From: Anthoceros angustus | Taxonomy: Eukaryota > Plantae > Anthocerotophyta | Direction of reading: 5' to 3' | DNA: 64,000 bases | Assembly (NCBI GenBank): GCA_010909165.1 | Contig: MU008172.1 | Span: 558,001-622,000 of the forward strand | In this document: in pieces, positions 1-12,100 of the stretch | Layout of the letters: each line of letters opens with the position of its first letter | Numbering within the stretch: position 1 is the first letter of the stretch | Translations under genes and position numbers: made by a program | The notes under the pieces: model-generated | The model's input: only the letters and a program-made list of their open reading frames with translations | Told to the model about the DNA's origin: nothing | Database searches by the model: none

Positions 1-287
1 AAGCATTTCAGAGTTCAAGGTCTGGCACAAGAAGAGCAAGAGGACCCCAAAATAGCGGAAATTGCAAGGAGATTGCAAGTAGCTAGGCATGCAGGCTCGG
101 ACTCAAGCGGTGGCCGAGCTAGTCGGAAAGCTTGCTTTTGATGAGGGACTGAGCCATCCAGAGCCACGACTTGAGGAAGCGTGCCAAGTTCAAGTTTTGA
201 GTCGGCATGAGTGCAGCCCGAGCAAGTCATGAGGAGGCATGCATTCTCGACCTACTTGAGCGATGAGTATGACGAGAAAGGAGAAGG

Positions 288-716
288 TTGATTGCATTAT
301 ACACTTCCACTTGGCGGGCGTGGTGGGACAACGAAAGGAAGCGACAAAAGAGGAGAGAGCCTACCATCCAATCTTGGGATGTCATGAAGTCCGAGCTGCT
401 GCAGACCTTTTTGCCCAAGGATCACAAAGAAAGGTGTTGGTCAGCATGGTACGCGTTGAAGCACACGGGAGCACTGGAAGAGTTTCACCTTGCATTCATG
501 AAGGCAATGTTAAAACTGCCGGATCTCGAGCAAGAAGCAAAATTAGCAAGGTACTGCGATGCGATCAAACCTGAATACAAGCTCGGGATTAAGCAGCAGC
601 ATTGTAAGACAGTGGAGGAAGCTATGCAAGCAGCCATGGACATCGAGCACTACGGTGTGAAGGCCCACGTACCAGCTGTTTCAGTCTCATTAGCGCCACA
701 GTGCAATTACTACTGA
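288..716 (+). pseudogene. Retrotransposon gag fragment
   Basis: WDVMKSELLQTFLP...LKHTGALEEFHLAF...KTVEEAMQAAMDIE resembles the Ty3 gag capsid core. Confidence 0.8.
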
Positions 717-995
717 CGGCCAGTCCTACCACACCGGGGTGAAATACCACGCTCCCACATGGAAGCCAAGAGTCAACTGCAAGGCCACTACAAATGAGCG
801 GCAAGGAGAATTAAAGCCCATCGAATTCAGCAAAGTGATGGAGAGAAAAAGAATTCATGGCCAAAGGGCTTTGCTTCATAGAAATGAATCATGTGGCTAG
901 AGGTCGCCTTACAACAAGATATGGTAAGTGAGAGCCGCCAGAAATAATGGAGCAACACCTGGGCATGCGTTGCCAAAGTTAATGCTTGCACAAGA

Positions 996-2528
996 GTGCA
1001 GCCCGAATCAAGTGATGAGCTGCACAGCCTGCACATCGAGAGCAACCCAAGTCAGATGGTTGTAAAGAATGGCGCTGCCAGAGTAGAGGGCTGGAAAAAA
1101 CCAAGACCTGCAGAAGGTGAGACTTACGAACATCTTAAGCACCAGTCCATGACTGTTGATGGCATGTTGGGTGGCAGACCAGTGTCCTTTCTCATTGATG
1201 GAGGCTCAACACACAGTTATGTGCGGGCAGCAGTAGCCAGAGATGCACCAGGTGTCAAGTGGTTTTGCAAGGAAATGGAACAATACATGAAGTTAGCCAA
1301 TGGAGCCATCGAAAGAGTAAACATGCACGAAATCCAAGCTGACATCTCCTTTCAAGGGTATGAAGACAGTGTCAGGCTCGAAGTCCTAGATGCACTGTCA
1401 CATGGAGTCTTGTTAGGACAGGATTGGCTATGGCAGCTTGACCCCGAAATATCATTCAGGAGGCATGAAATGACGTTGAGCTGGAAAGGAGAGAGGGTGG
1501 CGGTCAAGGGCTCTCACCAACGTCCAGGCGTCAAGCTCTTTTCAGCCAGATCTGCAAGGAAGGCCATCAAAGCTAGAACGTTGGAGTATACTGCCTTCTT
1601 GTTCAGCTGCAAGAACGTAGAGCAAGAGCCTACAAGCCTGCACAAGCAGCGGATGTACGAACCACCCAGTCAGATCAAAGGAGAGAACGAGGAACCCCAA
1701 GAGCTGAAGGAAATCTTGGAGCAGTTCAAAGACGTTTTTGAGGAGACACAAGGATTGCCACCAAGACGTGATGTGGATCATGCAATAGATCTCATCCCTG
1801 TAGCCAAACCTGTGGCCCGTCCGCCCTATAGACTAGCACCACCAGAGAACTTACTGGTGCAAGCTGCAGTGGACGACCTTTTGAAGAAAGGCCTCATAGA
1901 GGAGTCTGTGTCCCCATACGCAGCTCCAGTGCTGATTGTCAAGCACAGGAATGGCAAAGTGCGCATGTGCATAGACTACCGAGGGTTGAACGCTTCCACA
2001 ATGAAGAATCGGTTTCAGATGCCGCGCATCGAAGAAATATTGGATAATCTTGTCGGAGCCCAGGTGTTTAGCAAGGTGGATCTGCAGGCGGGTTCCATCA
2101 ACCGACCGCATCAAGGCGGGGACAAATTCAAATCCGCCTTCAGAACACGGTACGGGCACTATCAGTTCCTTGTCTTGCCTTTTGGTATGACCAACGCCCC
2201 TGCAAGCTTTACAACTTTGATGACCAAGATTTTGAGGCCGTACCTAGGCAAGTTCGTGGAAGTATTTGTGGACGATATTCTGGTGTACTCCGCCAATGCT
2301 GCAGACCACAAACAGCACCTCACATTAGTGCTGACAGCTTTGAGAGAGCACAAGCTGTTTGCTAGAAGAAAGAAGTGCGAATTCTTCAGCAACAAGGTGC
2401 ATTATCTGGGCTTCATAGTATCCGCTGCTGGTGTAGAAGTTGACCCTGAGAAGGTGCAAGCTATTCAGGATTGGCCACCGCCTGAATCTCACGAGATCAC
2501 GGTTCCACAGGCATGTGTGTGCAAATGA
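996..2528 (+). CDS. Pol polyprotein, aspartic protease plus reverse transcriptase (first copy; frameshifts beyond)
   Basis: 510-aa ORF with D-G-G-S-T protease motif, SPYAAPVLIV, RMCIDYR, PFGMTNAP, VFVDDILVYS. Confidence 0.92.
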   Translation: MQPESSDELHSLHIESNPSQMVVKNGAARVEGWKKPRPAEGETYEHLKHQSMTVDGMLGGRPVSFLIDGGSTHSYVRAAVARDAPGVKWFCKEMEQYMKLANGAIERVNMHEIQADISFQGYEDSVRLEVLDALSHGVLLGQDWLWQLDPEISFRRHEMTLSWKGERVAVKGSHQRPGVKLFSARSARKAIKARTLEYTAFLFSCKNVEQEPTSLHKQRMYEPPSQIKGENEEPQELKEILEQFKDVFEETQGLPPRRDVDHAIDLIPVAKPVARPPYRLAPPENLLVQAAVDDLLKKGLIEESVSPYAAPVLIVKHRNGKVRMCIDYRGLNASTMKNRFQMPRIEEILDNLVGAQVFSKVDLQAGSINRPHQGGDKFKSAFRTRYGHYQFLVLPFGMTNAPASFTTLMTKILRPYLGKFVEVFVDDILVYSANAADHKQHLTLVLTALREHKLFARRKKCEFFSNKVHYLGFIVSAAGVEVDPEKVQAIQDWPPPESHEITVPQACVCK

Positions 2529-3519
2529 AGTCCTTCATACCTCAATATGCAAAGACGGCCCTCGACCGACCGACATGCAAGCTTGCAAAATTCCCCATGT
2601 CGAGCAGAGGCGATCTGAAACTTGAAAGAGGCAATGCTGCCGTTACTGCTGCATATGAAGAAGCCATTCGTCAGGAGAATGACGCTCGACTTTGCATTAG
2701 GAGCAATCCTGCAAAGAAGGAAGAGCATCGATTACTTGTCCAGAAATTGCAAGGGCGAGCTCAACTACACCACACCGACAAGGAGCTTCTAGCGATGGTG
2801 TATGCATTAAAAGCGGAGACATTACGCATGGGAGTGAGTTTGTTGTGTACACGGATCAAGTGCGAGCATTTTACAAGCAGCCCTTGCTCAACCCTCGACA
2901 AAGGAGATGGGCGAATTCTCCGGACTTCCACATGACAATCTCATATTGCCGGGCAAAGCCAATTTGATTGCGATGCTTTGAGCAGGCGCAGATGCAACGT
3001 AATGCTGAAAGTAGAGTCGGACACATGGAGAGCGGTTCGGGAGAACACTCCGCAAGATGAGTATCTAAGTGATCTGTTGACAAAGCTAGAAGGCAGTCTC
3101 ATCACTAGTAGGCCCACGCAACTCGGCGACAAGTTCAAGGTGCACCAAGGGTGCTTGTACAGAAAAGGCAAGTTGTGCATACCTGCAAACTGTGTCGACC
3201 TCAAACAGGCTCTTTTGCATGATGACGACGCTCCCACACGGACACATGGGAATAGATAAGTCCTATCAATAAACAAAGATGTGTGGTGGAAACAAATGAG
3301 GACGAATGTGTCAAGCATGTGAAGGAGTGCCTACCATGTCGGACCAAGTTCGAACGCAAGCCACTGCTGGTCTCTCATGCCACTCAAGTTCGAGATGAAA
3401 TGGCAAAGCATGGCTTGCGACTTTGTCACCGCTTGCCCAAGACCGAAGGGACATGATGCCATCAGGTGCATCGATAGGGTCACCAAGCTAGCTCATTTTA
3501 TTCCGTGAAGGAAGCATCA

Positions 3520-5790
3520 AGCTCTTTTGACGGATCGCAAGGAAGGCCATCAAAGCTAGAACGTTGGAGTATCGCCTTCTTGTTCAGCTGCAGAGCGTAG
3601 AGCAAGAGCCTACAAGCTGCTGGCGGATGTACGAACCACCGGTCGGATCAAAGGAGAGCGAGGAACCCCAAGAGAGGAAATTTTGGAAGCGGTTCAAAGA
3701 CGTTTTGAGGAGACACAAGGATTGCCACCAAGGCGTGATGTGGATCATGCAATAGATCTCATCCACAGGCCAAACACGTGGCCCGTCCGCCCTATAGACT
3801 AGCACCACCGAGAACTTGCGGTGCAAGGCTGCGATGGGACGACCTTTTGAAGAAAGGCCTCATAGAGGAGTCTGTGTCCCCATCGCAGCTCCAGTCTTGA
3901 TTGTCAAGCACGAATGGCAAAGTGCGCATGTGCATAGACTACAGGGTTGAACGCTTCACGTGAAGAATCGGTTTGAGATCGCGCATCAAGAAATATTGGA
4001 TAATCTTGTGCCGCCCGGTGTTTAGCAAGGTGGATCTGCAGGCGGGTTCCATCAAATCCGCATCAAGGCCGGGGACAAATTCAAATCCGCCTTCAGAACA
4101 CGGTACGGGCACTATCAGTTCCTTGTCTTGCCTTTTGGTATGACCAACGCCCACAAGCTTTACAACTTTGATGACCAAGATTTTGAGGCCGTGCACAGGC
4201 AAGTTCGTGGAAGTATTTGTGGGCGATATTACGGTGTACTCCGCCAATCTGTAGACCACAAGCGGCACCTCACATTAGTCTTGTGACTTTGAGAGAGCAT
4301 GTTTGCTAGAAGAAAGAAGTCACAATTCTTGACAAGGTGCATTATCCGGGCTTCATAGTATCCGCTCTTTGGTGTAGAAGTTGACCCAGAAGGTGCAAGC
4401 TATTCAGATTGGCCACCGCCTGAATCTCACGAGATCACGGTTCCACAGGCATGTGTGTGCAAATGAAGTCCTTCATACCTCAATATGCAAAAGGCGGCCG
4501 TTCCACACCAGGCGACATGCAAGCTTGCAAAATTCCCCATGTCGGCGGTGAGGCAACTTGAGCTTGAAAGAGGCAATTGCGTGCGTTGTTCTTGTTGCAT
4601 GAAGAAGCCATTCGTCGTGAGCAGGCGCTTGACTTTATTAGGAAGCGATCCGCAAGAAGGAAGAGCATCGATTACTTGTCGAGAAATTGCAAGGGCGAGC
4701 TCAACTACACCACACGACAAGGAGCTTCTAGCGATGGTGTATGCATTAAAAGCGGAGACATTACACGCATGGGAGTGAGTTTGTTGTGTACACGGATCAC
4801 GAGTCGGAGCATTTTACAAGCGCCCTTGCTCAACCCTCGACAAAGGAGATGGGCGAATTACGAGACTTCCATGACAATCTCATATTGGGCAAAGCCAATT
4901 TGATTGCAGATGCTTTGGCGGTAGCAGATGCAACGTAATCTTGAAAGTAAGTCGAGACACATGGAGGCGGTTCGGGAGAACACTGCAAGATGAGTATCTA
5001 AGTGATGTGTTGACAAAGCTAGAAGCGATCTCATCACTAGTAGGCCCCTCGCAACTCGGCGACAAGTTCAAGGTGCACCAAGGGTGCTTATGCGAGAAAA
5101 GGCAAGTTGTGCATACACGCAAGCGTATGCGACCTCAAACAGGCTCTTTTGCATGATGCACGGCGCTCCCACCCGGACACATGGGAATAGATAAGTCTTA
5201 TCGTACAAGCGAGCATGTGGTGGAAACAAATGAGGGAGAATGTGTCAAGCATGTGAAGGAGTGCCTACCATGTCGGACCAAGTTCGAGCAAGCCACTGCT
5301 GGTCTCATGCCACTCAAGTTCGAGAGATGAAATGGCAAAGCATGGCTTGCGACTTTGTCACTGCTTGCCCAAGACCGAAGGGACATGATGCCATCAGGTG
5401 CATCGATAGGGTCACCAAGCTAGCTCATTTTATTCCCGTGAAGGGAAGCATCAAAGCCAAACAGCTAGCGCCAATCTTCATCAAAGAGGTGGTAAGATTG
5501 CATGGAGTGCCCCAAGAGATCATATCAGAGAGAGATTCGAAGTTCACTTCCGAGTTCTCGTCGGCCTTCTGCAAGACACTTGGAATCAAGCAAGGGATGA
5601 GCACGCATATCATGCATGATGATGGAGCAAGTGAGAAGATGAATCAAACAATGGAAGATTTGCTTAGGCCCCTCACATTACACGAAAGCAAGGAAGTTGG
5701 GAAGACATGCTACCACTGGTGGAATTCACACAACTCAAGAAGACATCAGACGACGGGATACTCTCCTTTCAAGATGACCTACTAGCAACA
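3520..5790 (+). pseudogene. Second, frameshifted copy of spacer-RT-RH-integrase
   Basis: Near-identical to 1531-3519, then continues through the integrase core (ORF 5240-5785). Confidence 0.85.
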
Positions 5791-6543
5791 TTCGCTCGGA
5801 CTTTGGCCCGTGTTGCGGGAGTTCAAAATAATCGAGCTTAGCGAAGAAATGCGAGAAACCCTATACGCCAACGAATGAGAGCCATCAACCACAGAGGTCC
5901 CACATGCAAACAAAACGGCGAGATGAGCAACATGAAGTCGGCGGTGTGGTTAAGAGTGCGCCAAACAGTATTCTAAGTGCAAGAGGGCAAAGCCAAGCTG
6001 TCCCTGGTATGTGGGCCCGTTTGTGTCACAAGGAAAATTTCACCGTAGCATATCAGCTTGACATGCACGCTAGTTAGGCGCATCTGCAAGAGTTTCCAAG
6101 TTTCTAAAGAGGTTTGTGGGTGCTGCTTGACAATTTTGTGGCGACTCAGGGGGGAGGTGAATCAAGCTGAGTTCCAGGGGTGAGTCGGATGCAACCTCCC
6201 AAGAGCTCGTAGCTGAGCAGAAGAAGGGGAGGATGCGGAGCCGGACACAAGCCAGCAAACGCAGGAGTTTCAAAGCGGCGACAAGCTAATGGCCAAAATC
6301 ACCGCTATTCGATACAGAGAGGCGTGCATGGAAGAAGCATCAAGGAGTACCCGTCACCGGGAGAGTGACCATGGAGAAGAACCTAGTGGGAGACTCGGGG
6401 CTTTCGTCGATATGTTCCGACATTTGAACAAGTCTCAAGAACGTGACAAGAGCAATGTCTTCATAGTCCCGTTCGAGAGGAAGGGATGATGCTACCCAGC
6501 CTATCGCCGTGAGCCAATGAGTAAGAGAATTCAACGAGAAGGG

Positions 6544-7916
6544 CCGGACACATGGGAATAGATAAGTCTTATCGTCACAAATGTATGTGGTGGAAACAAA
6601 TGAGGATGAATGTGTCAAGCATGTGAAGGAGTGCCTACCATGTCGGACCAAGTTCGAACGCAAGCCACTGCTGGTCTCTCATGCCACTCAAGTTCGAGAT
6701 GAAATGGCAAAGCATGGCTTGCGACTTTGTCACCGCTTGCCCAAGACCGAAGGGACATGATGCCATCCGGTGCATCGATAGGGTCACCAAGCTAGCTCAT
6801 TTTATTCCGTGAAGGAAGCATCAAAGCCAAACAGCCTAAGCCAATCTTCATCAAAGAGGTGGTCGATTGCATGGAGTGCCCCAAGAGATCATATCAGAGA
6901 TTCAAGTTCACTTGAAGTTCGTCGGCCTCGTAAGACACTTGGAATCAAGCAAGGGATGAGCACTGCATATCATGCACAGACTGATGGAGCAAGTGAGAAG
7001 ATGAATCAAACAATGGAAGATTTGCTTAGGCCCTACTGTCACGACAAGCAAGGAAGCTGGGAAGACATGCTACCACTGGTGGAATTCGCTTACAACTCAG
7101 CAAGACACTGTACGACGGGATACTCTCCTTTCAAGATGACCTACTAGCAACATTCGCTCGGACTTTGGCCCGTGTTGCGGGAGTTCAAAATAATCGAGCT
7201 TAGCGAAGAAATGCGAGAAACCCTATACGCCAACGAATGAGAGCCATCAACCACAGAGGTCCCACATGCAAACAAAACGGCGAGATGAGCAACATGAAGT
7301 CGGCGGTGTGGTTAAGAGTGCGCCAAACAGTATTCTAAGTGCAAGAGGGCAAAGCCAAGCTGTCCCTGGTATGTGGGCCCGTTTGTGTCACAAGGAAAAT
7401 TTCACCGTAGCATATCAGCTTGACATGCCCGCTAGTTGGCGATCGCAAGAGTTTCCAAGTTTCTAAAGAGGTTTGTGGGTGCTGCTTGACAATTTTGTGG
7501 CGACTCAGGGGGGAGGTGAATCAAGCTGAGTTCCAGGGGTGAGTCGGATGCAACCTCCCAAGAGCTCGTAGCTACAGAGCAGAAGAAGGGGGAGGATGCG
7601 GGAGCCGGACACAAGCCAGCAAACGCAGGAGTTTCAAAGCGGCGACAAGCTAATGGCCAAAATCACCGCTATTCGATACAGAGAGGCGTGCATGGAAGAA
7701 GCATCAAGGAGTACCCGTCACCGGGAGAGTGACCATGGAGAAGAACCTAGTGGGAGACTCGGGGCTTTCGTCGATATGTTCCGACATTTGAACAAGTCTC
7801 AAGAACGTGACAAGAGCAATGTCTTCATAGTCCCGTTCGAGAGGAAGGGATGATGCTACCCAGCCTATCGCCGTGAGCCAATGAGTAAGAGAATTCAACG
7901 AGAAGGGCCGGACACA
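6544..7916 (+). repeat. Tandem duplicate of the integrase-chromodomain segment 5173-6543
   Basis: About 1.37-kb period; 9-bp CCGGACACA at 5173, 6544 and 7908. Confidence 0.9.
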
Positions 7917-8330
7917 CGATTGCCCGATGAGGTCACGGCATACGAGTAATGGCCGGTAGGCGAGGGCATGCCTAGGACATAGCCGCTAGAGCTAGACAAA
8001 GGAAACAAGGTTAGAACTAGAGGCTAGACTGAGCAGGATTAAGCTAACCCCAGTTAGTCACTAACCCATCCAGTAGTTAAGTTAGCTCAGGTAAAGAAAC
8101 GGTCGGAACCCGGGACGCGTGGGGTACAAGAACCAGGTGCTCCCATAATCAGGCTCTCTCGATTCCTGCAGGGGGCTTCTTCACTTCTGGTGGTCGGACT
8201 CCCAAGCTCGTGAGATGTCTAGGCGCATCTCTGCTTACATTATTGCAGATGTGCTCATTTATTTTACAACTTCCCTTAGTTAGATTTAATTATCTATTAG
8301 TTTTTCAAATATTTCTTCCTATACTTTGCA

Positions 8331-9085
8331 CATTCTTTTTCCGATACCTAGAATTAGTGGGATTAATAACCTTTGAGTATGATTCTTCTTATTATTTCAG
8401 CTCATTTATGGAACAAGAATTTTTCTCTTCTTTATTCAAGTATAGGTGCATTTATGCGGAAAATGTCAAATCTTATTAATATTTCATCATTTTTACAAGA
8501 TTAGTATGGCGAAATCTCGTTCTTGAGTGGTTTATGCATAAAACTTGGGTTTGAATGCATTTTGAAAAGCTAAAGTTATAATGAGGCTGTTCTAAGAAGA
8601 ATAGATGTTTGTCGAGGAAGGTGCAAGTAGGTGAAACCCGAAACCCACTTAAATGGTTTACTCGCAAGGCTTGGGTTTGAATGCATTCTAGGAAGCTAAC
8701 GTTTTAATGAGGCTGTTCTACAAAGAATGGATGTTTTCCGAGGAAGGTGCAAGTAGGTGAAACCCAGATTCCACTGAAAAACCAATCCGAAAATAAGCCT
8801 CAATCTGTAATCGTATTCTGTGGGTTTTACTTGTTATTCTAGCTTTATTTATGCTTCTTTTTGCACTTCCTTTCTTAGTTTTATTCATTTTAAGCTTTCT
8901 TTATGCAAAAAGGCCAAAACTTGCACATGAGAATGAGGTCAATTGTCATTTCTAAAGCCAAAAAACATAACAAAAATAAACAAGCTTTTTATCATTCTTA
9001 ATATTGGCACATTCTTTTTCCGATACCTAGAATTAATGGGATTAATAACCTTTGAGTATGATTCTTCTTATTATTTCACTCATTC
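8331..9085. repeat. AT-rich segment with short direct duplications (8331-8410 vs 9008-9085; 8523-8650 vs 8668-8775)
   Basis: Directly visible repeated blocks, e.g. cattctttttccgatacctagaatt and gaggaaggtgcaagtaggtgaaaccc. Confidence 0.7.
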
Positions 9086-9132
9086 GTGGGAGGAGGCTGA
9101 AGATATGATATAAAATTGAATCGAGGTAGTGG

Positions 9133-12100
9133 TGGTGGAAACCCGGGCTTCCAAGCTCCCCCCTCTAGCAGCCACACTTATCCCACTTGTCCGCCCGTCG
9201 TTGGGTTTCGTCCCATGAGACTCGTGTGAAATTCGAGGTCCTCGATGCAGTCGCTACTGCAGGCACTTCTCGGCCTTCTAAGCGAGCAGGCGCCTCTACT
9301 CACCCTCTTACAGCCACTTGCCTTTGCTCGAAAATCACCAATCCTCGACCTACAACACAATACAATGCAGTCCTTAGCGGCGAGGAGCCTATCAGGCGCC
9401 AGGGACCCCCCAGTCCACACCGCAATTTCGTCCCTACTTCTAAGACCACTCTTCTCCACTCGGGGGCTCTTTTACTTGCAGTTGGGATTCGTCCCTTAGG
9501 CTCTGGCCTTCCACTAACACCTACACCTAATCCTCTACTCATCTCCTCATCCTCTTCCTCCTATTCTAACCTCGGTTCGGGCTTCTTGGGCCGACTCGCC
9601 CTTATGGCACGCAGGGTCGGCCTCCACCAGCAAGTTCTTCCTTGGGCGGTTGCTATGAGTTTGACACCCAGTGAGAACCTCCAGTCTTTCCAGTCTACCC
9701 TCAAGCCGAGTTCACAGGCATTGCCACACACCCAAAGCAAAGCAATTTCACAGCAACCATTCACAAGGGAGCAACTCGTTTAGGCACTTGCGAGCAAGTC
9801 CTCCACCAAGCACTCAGACCACGCGACTTCCTCTCTACAGGGCGTTGGCTCACGGTACCGAAATTCCTTTACCAAGGCAAAGGACTCGATGGGAGTATGG
9901 GCGCAAGACATGATACTTTACTTTGTGAAATCCTCCTCCTCTTATAGGAGGCCTTCCACATACAACCTCCCTTGGGTGACCCTCTGCGGTCACCTTTTCC
10001 AATATTTTATTATTTCCTACACTTGACATTTAAGGCGGCACCTAAATCTATGCGATCCTTGGTAAATTCTATTCTAGTAACTTCACCTAAGACCATCCTT
10101 AAGGATGTACCTACACCTATCCTTCCGTTCCCCAAAGCTCATTTATGGTCATTGACCATTCTTAGTCCTTATCTTCTTTGGGGTGGTGACAGGTCCCTTT
10201 GGATTGGCTCTCTCCTTGCTCTTCCCCCCTCTGTCCCTTCCCCTTTTCGCTTCCTGCCTTTGGGGCAAGTACCTTCCTCCCCTTCCTCCATCTCCGGTGG
10301 CGCCGATTCCTCTTGCCATCCAGCAATCGCGCCTCCGCGCCTCGCCCTTTCTCCTCCGCGCTGGCGCGCCCCTTCGGCACCCTACCATGGTAGTCGGCGG
10401 ACTACGGGGTGGTGACTACCTACCATGGTAGTCGGTCCCTATCTCCTTCCTCTTCCTCCATCGGTGATGGTCCACAGGGTTGAGATCCTTTTTGCTCCTT
10501 TCCTTGTTTGGTTTGTCCATACCTATCATGGAGCATGTCTTCAAAGGTTCCTCCCCATTTCTTGACCGATGTTTCCTCGCTAACTTCCTCGGGCCTTCTT
10601 TGCGTTGGTCTCCTCTCCTCGGCTCCTCCCTTATCGTGGGGTGAGAACTTCTCACCCCTCCCCTTCCTCGGCCAGTCTTAGTCTCCTCCGGTGGGGTTGT
10701 CTCTCCCACCACCTCAGCTGCTCCTCAGGGGTATACTGGACCCCGGCTCCTTCATCCTCGGCCCGGCCTCCCGGCTCCCCGCTCGCGCCCGCACCCTACC
10801 ATGATGCAGCGGACTACGGCGTGGTGTGTCTACCTGCTGGCGGACTACGGTGGTGTGGTCACCACCGTGGTAGGTGACCCCCGGAGGTGGGCTTTCCCCC
10901 CTCCTTGCTCTCCGCCATCTCCCTTTGGCGCTCCCCTCTCTCCACTCCTCAGTTCCTCGGAGTCCATTTCATGATGGCCTCATCAAAATCGGAGGCCTCT
11001 TTTCATTGCGGCTCCTTCATCATCATGAGGACCCAATGTCCTCCTCTTGTGGCCGTAAGACTTCTTGTTGGCCTTCAAAATCTGTTGTGGAGGTGAGCCC
11101 CAAGCTTGTATTGCATTTGGAGATCATCAATCTCGTGGGCCACTCTCCATCCTCACACCTACCTTGTAGGCGTCCCTTGAGGTGGTCAATTCCCCACCTT
11201 GACATGGAGGTCACATTCTCCTCCTTGCTTCCTGGTGCTGGCCAATTTTGCACGAAGGGCATACTTAAAATCCCCGCTTCCTCACCACATGCACCACCTT
11301 CTTGTGGTGCTCCTCCTCTGGAACCTCCTTTGTTCCAGTCCCCATTGTTGGCCTTCAAAATCTATTGTGGAGGTGCCCCAAGCTATGATATTGCATTTGG
11401 AGATCATCAATCTCATGGGCCACTCTCCATCTTCACACCTACCTTGTAGGCGTCCCTTGAGGTGGTCAATTCCCCACCTTGACATGGAGGTCACATTCTC
11501 CTCCCTTGCTTCCTTTTTGGTGGCCAATTTTGCTGAAGGGCATAATCGCCCAAAACCTTCTTCCTCACCACCGGCATCTGTACCACCTTCTTGTGGTGCT
11601 CCTCCTCTGGACCTCCTTTGTTCCACAACCATTGAGCAAGCCTCCTCTCCTCCACTTGCATCTTTTGCTCCAACTCTTGCGGTTTGGTCTTGATTTCGCT
11701 CGGCGCTTCTCTCCAAACTGGGTCTTCTCAATTCTCTTCATGTCCGGATTTTGATGGCTTGGTAGCCATCACTTCTCTTGCGTCCATTGCTGGACCGCTA
11801 CCTTCTCCTTCCTAGAGCCTGTTTTGCCCTTCGCTCTTGCTCTAATTGGGCAAAATGCTCCTCATATACATCTCCATAGTCTTTGGGGTGGTTGCGAATG
11901 GCTCTCTCTTGATGCGACAACCTTCCCTCTAGGACCTTCTCTCTGCGGTCTACAAGGTGGAGCTTCTCCTGACCTTTTCCAACTTGGCTGCCTTTTCGGA
12001 CTCCATGGCCTCCAATTGCCATTTGGTCCCTGCCTTCCTCCGGCCATGTCTTTGACTTCCTCTTCTTGCGCCCACAAGGAGGAGCTGGTCCTAGCCCCTT

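Larger units (their letters stand above)
1..7916 (+). mobile_element. Ty3/gypsy chromovirus-type LTR retrotransposon internal region (gag-PR-RT-RH-INT-chromodomain) with two internal tandem duplications; 5' end lies outside the window
   Basis: Gag-like ORF 288-716; protease LIDGGSTHSYV, RMCIDYRGLN and FVDDILVYS in ORF 996-2528; integrase H-x-G..C-x2-C and MACDFVT motifs; frameshifted chromodomain-like stretch (KITAIRYRE..GRSIKEY..WET) near 6290-6400 and 7655-7760. Confidence 0.9.
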
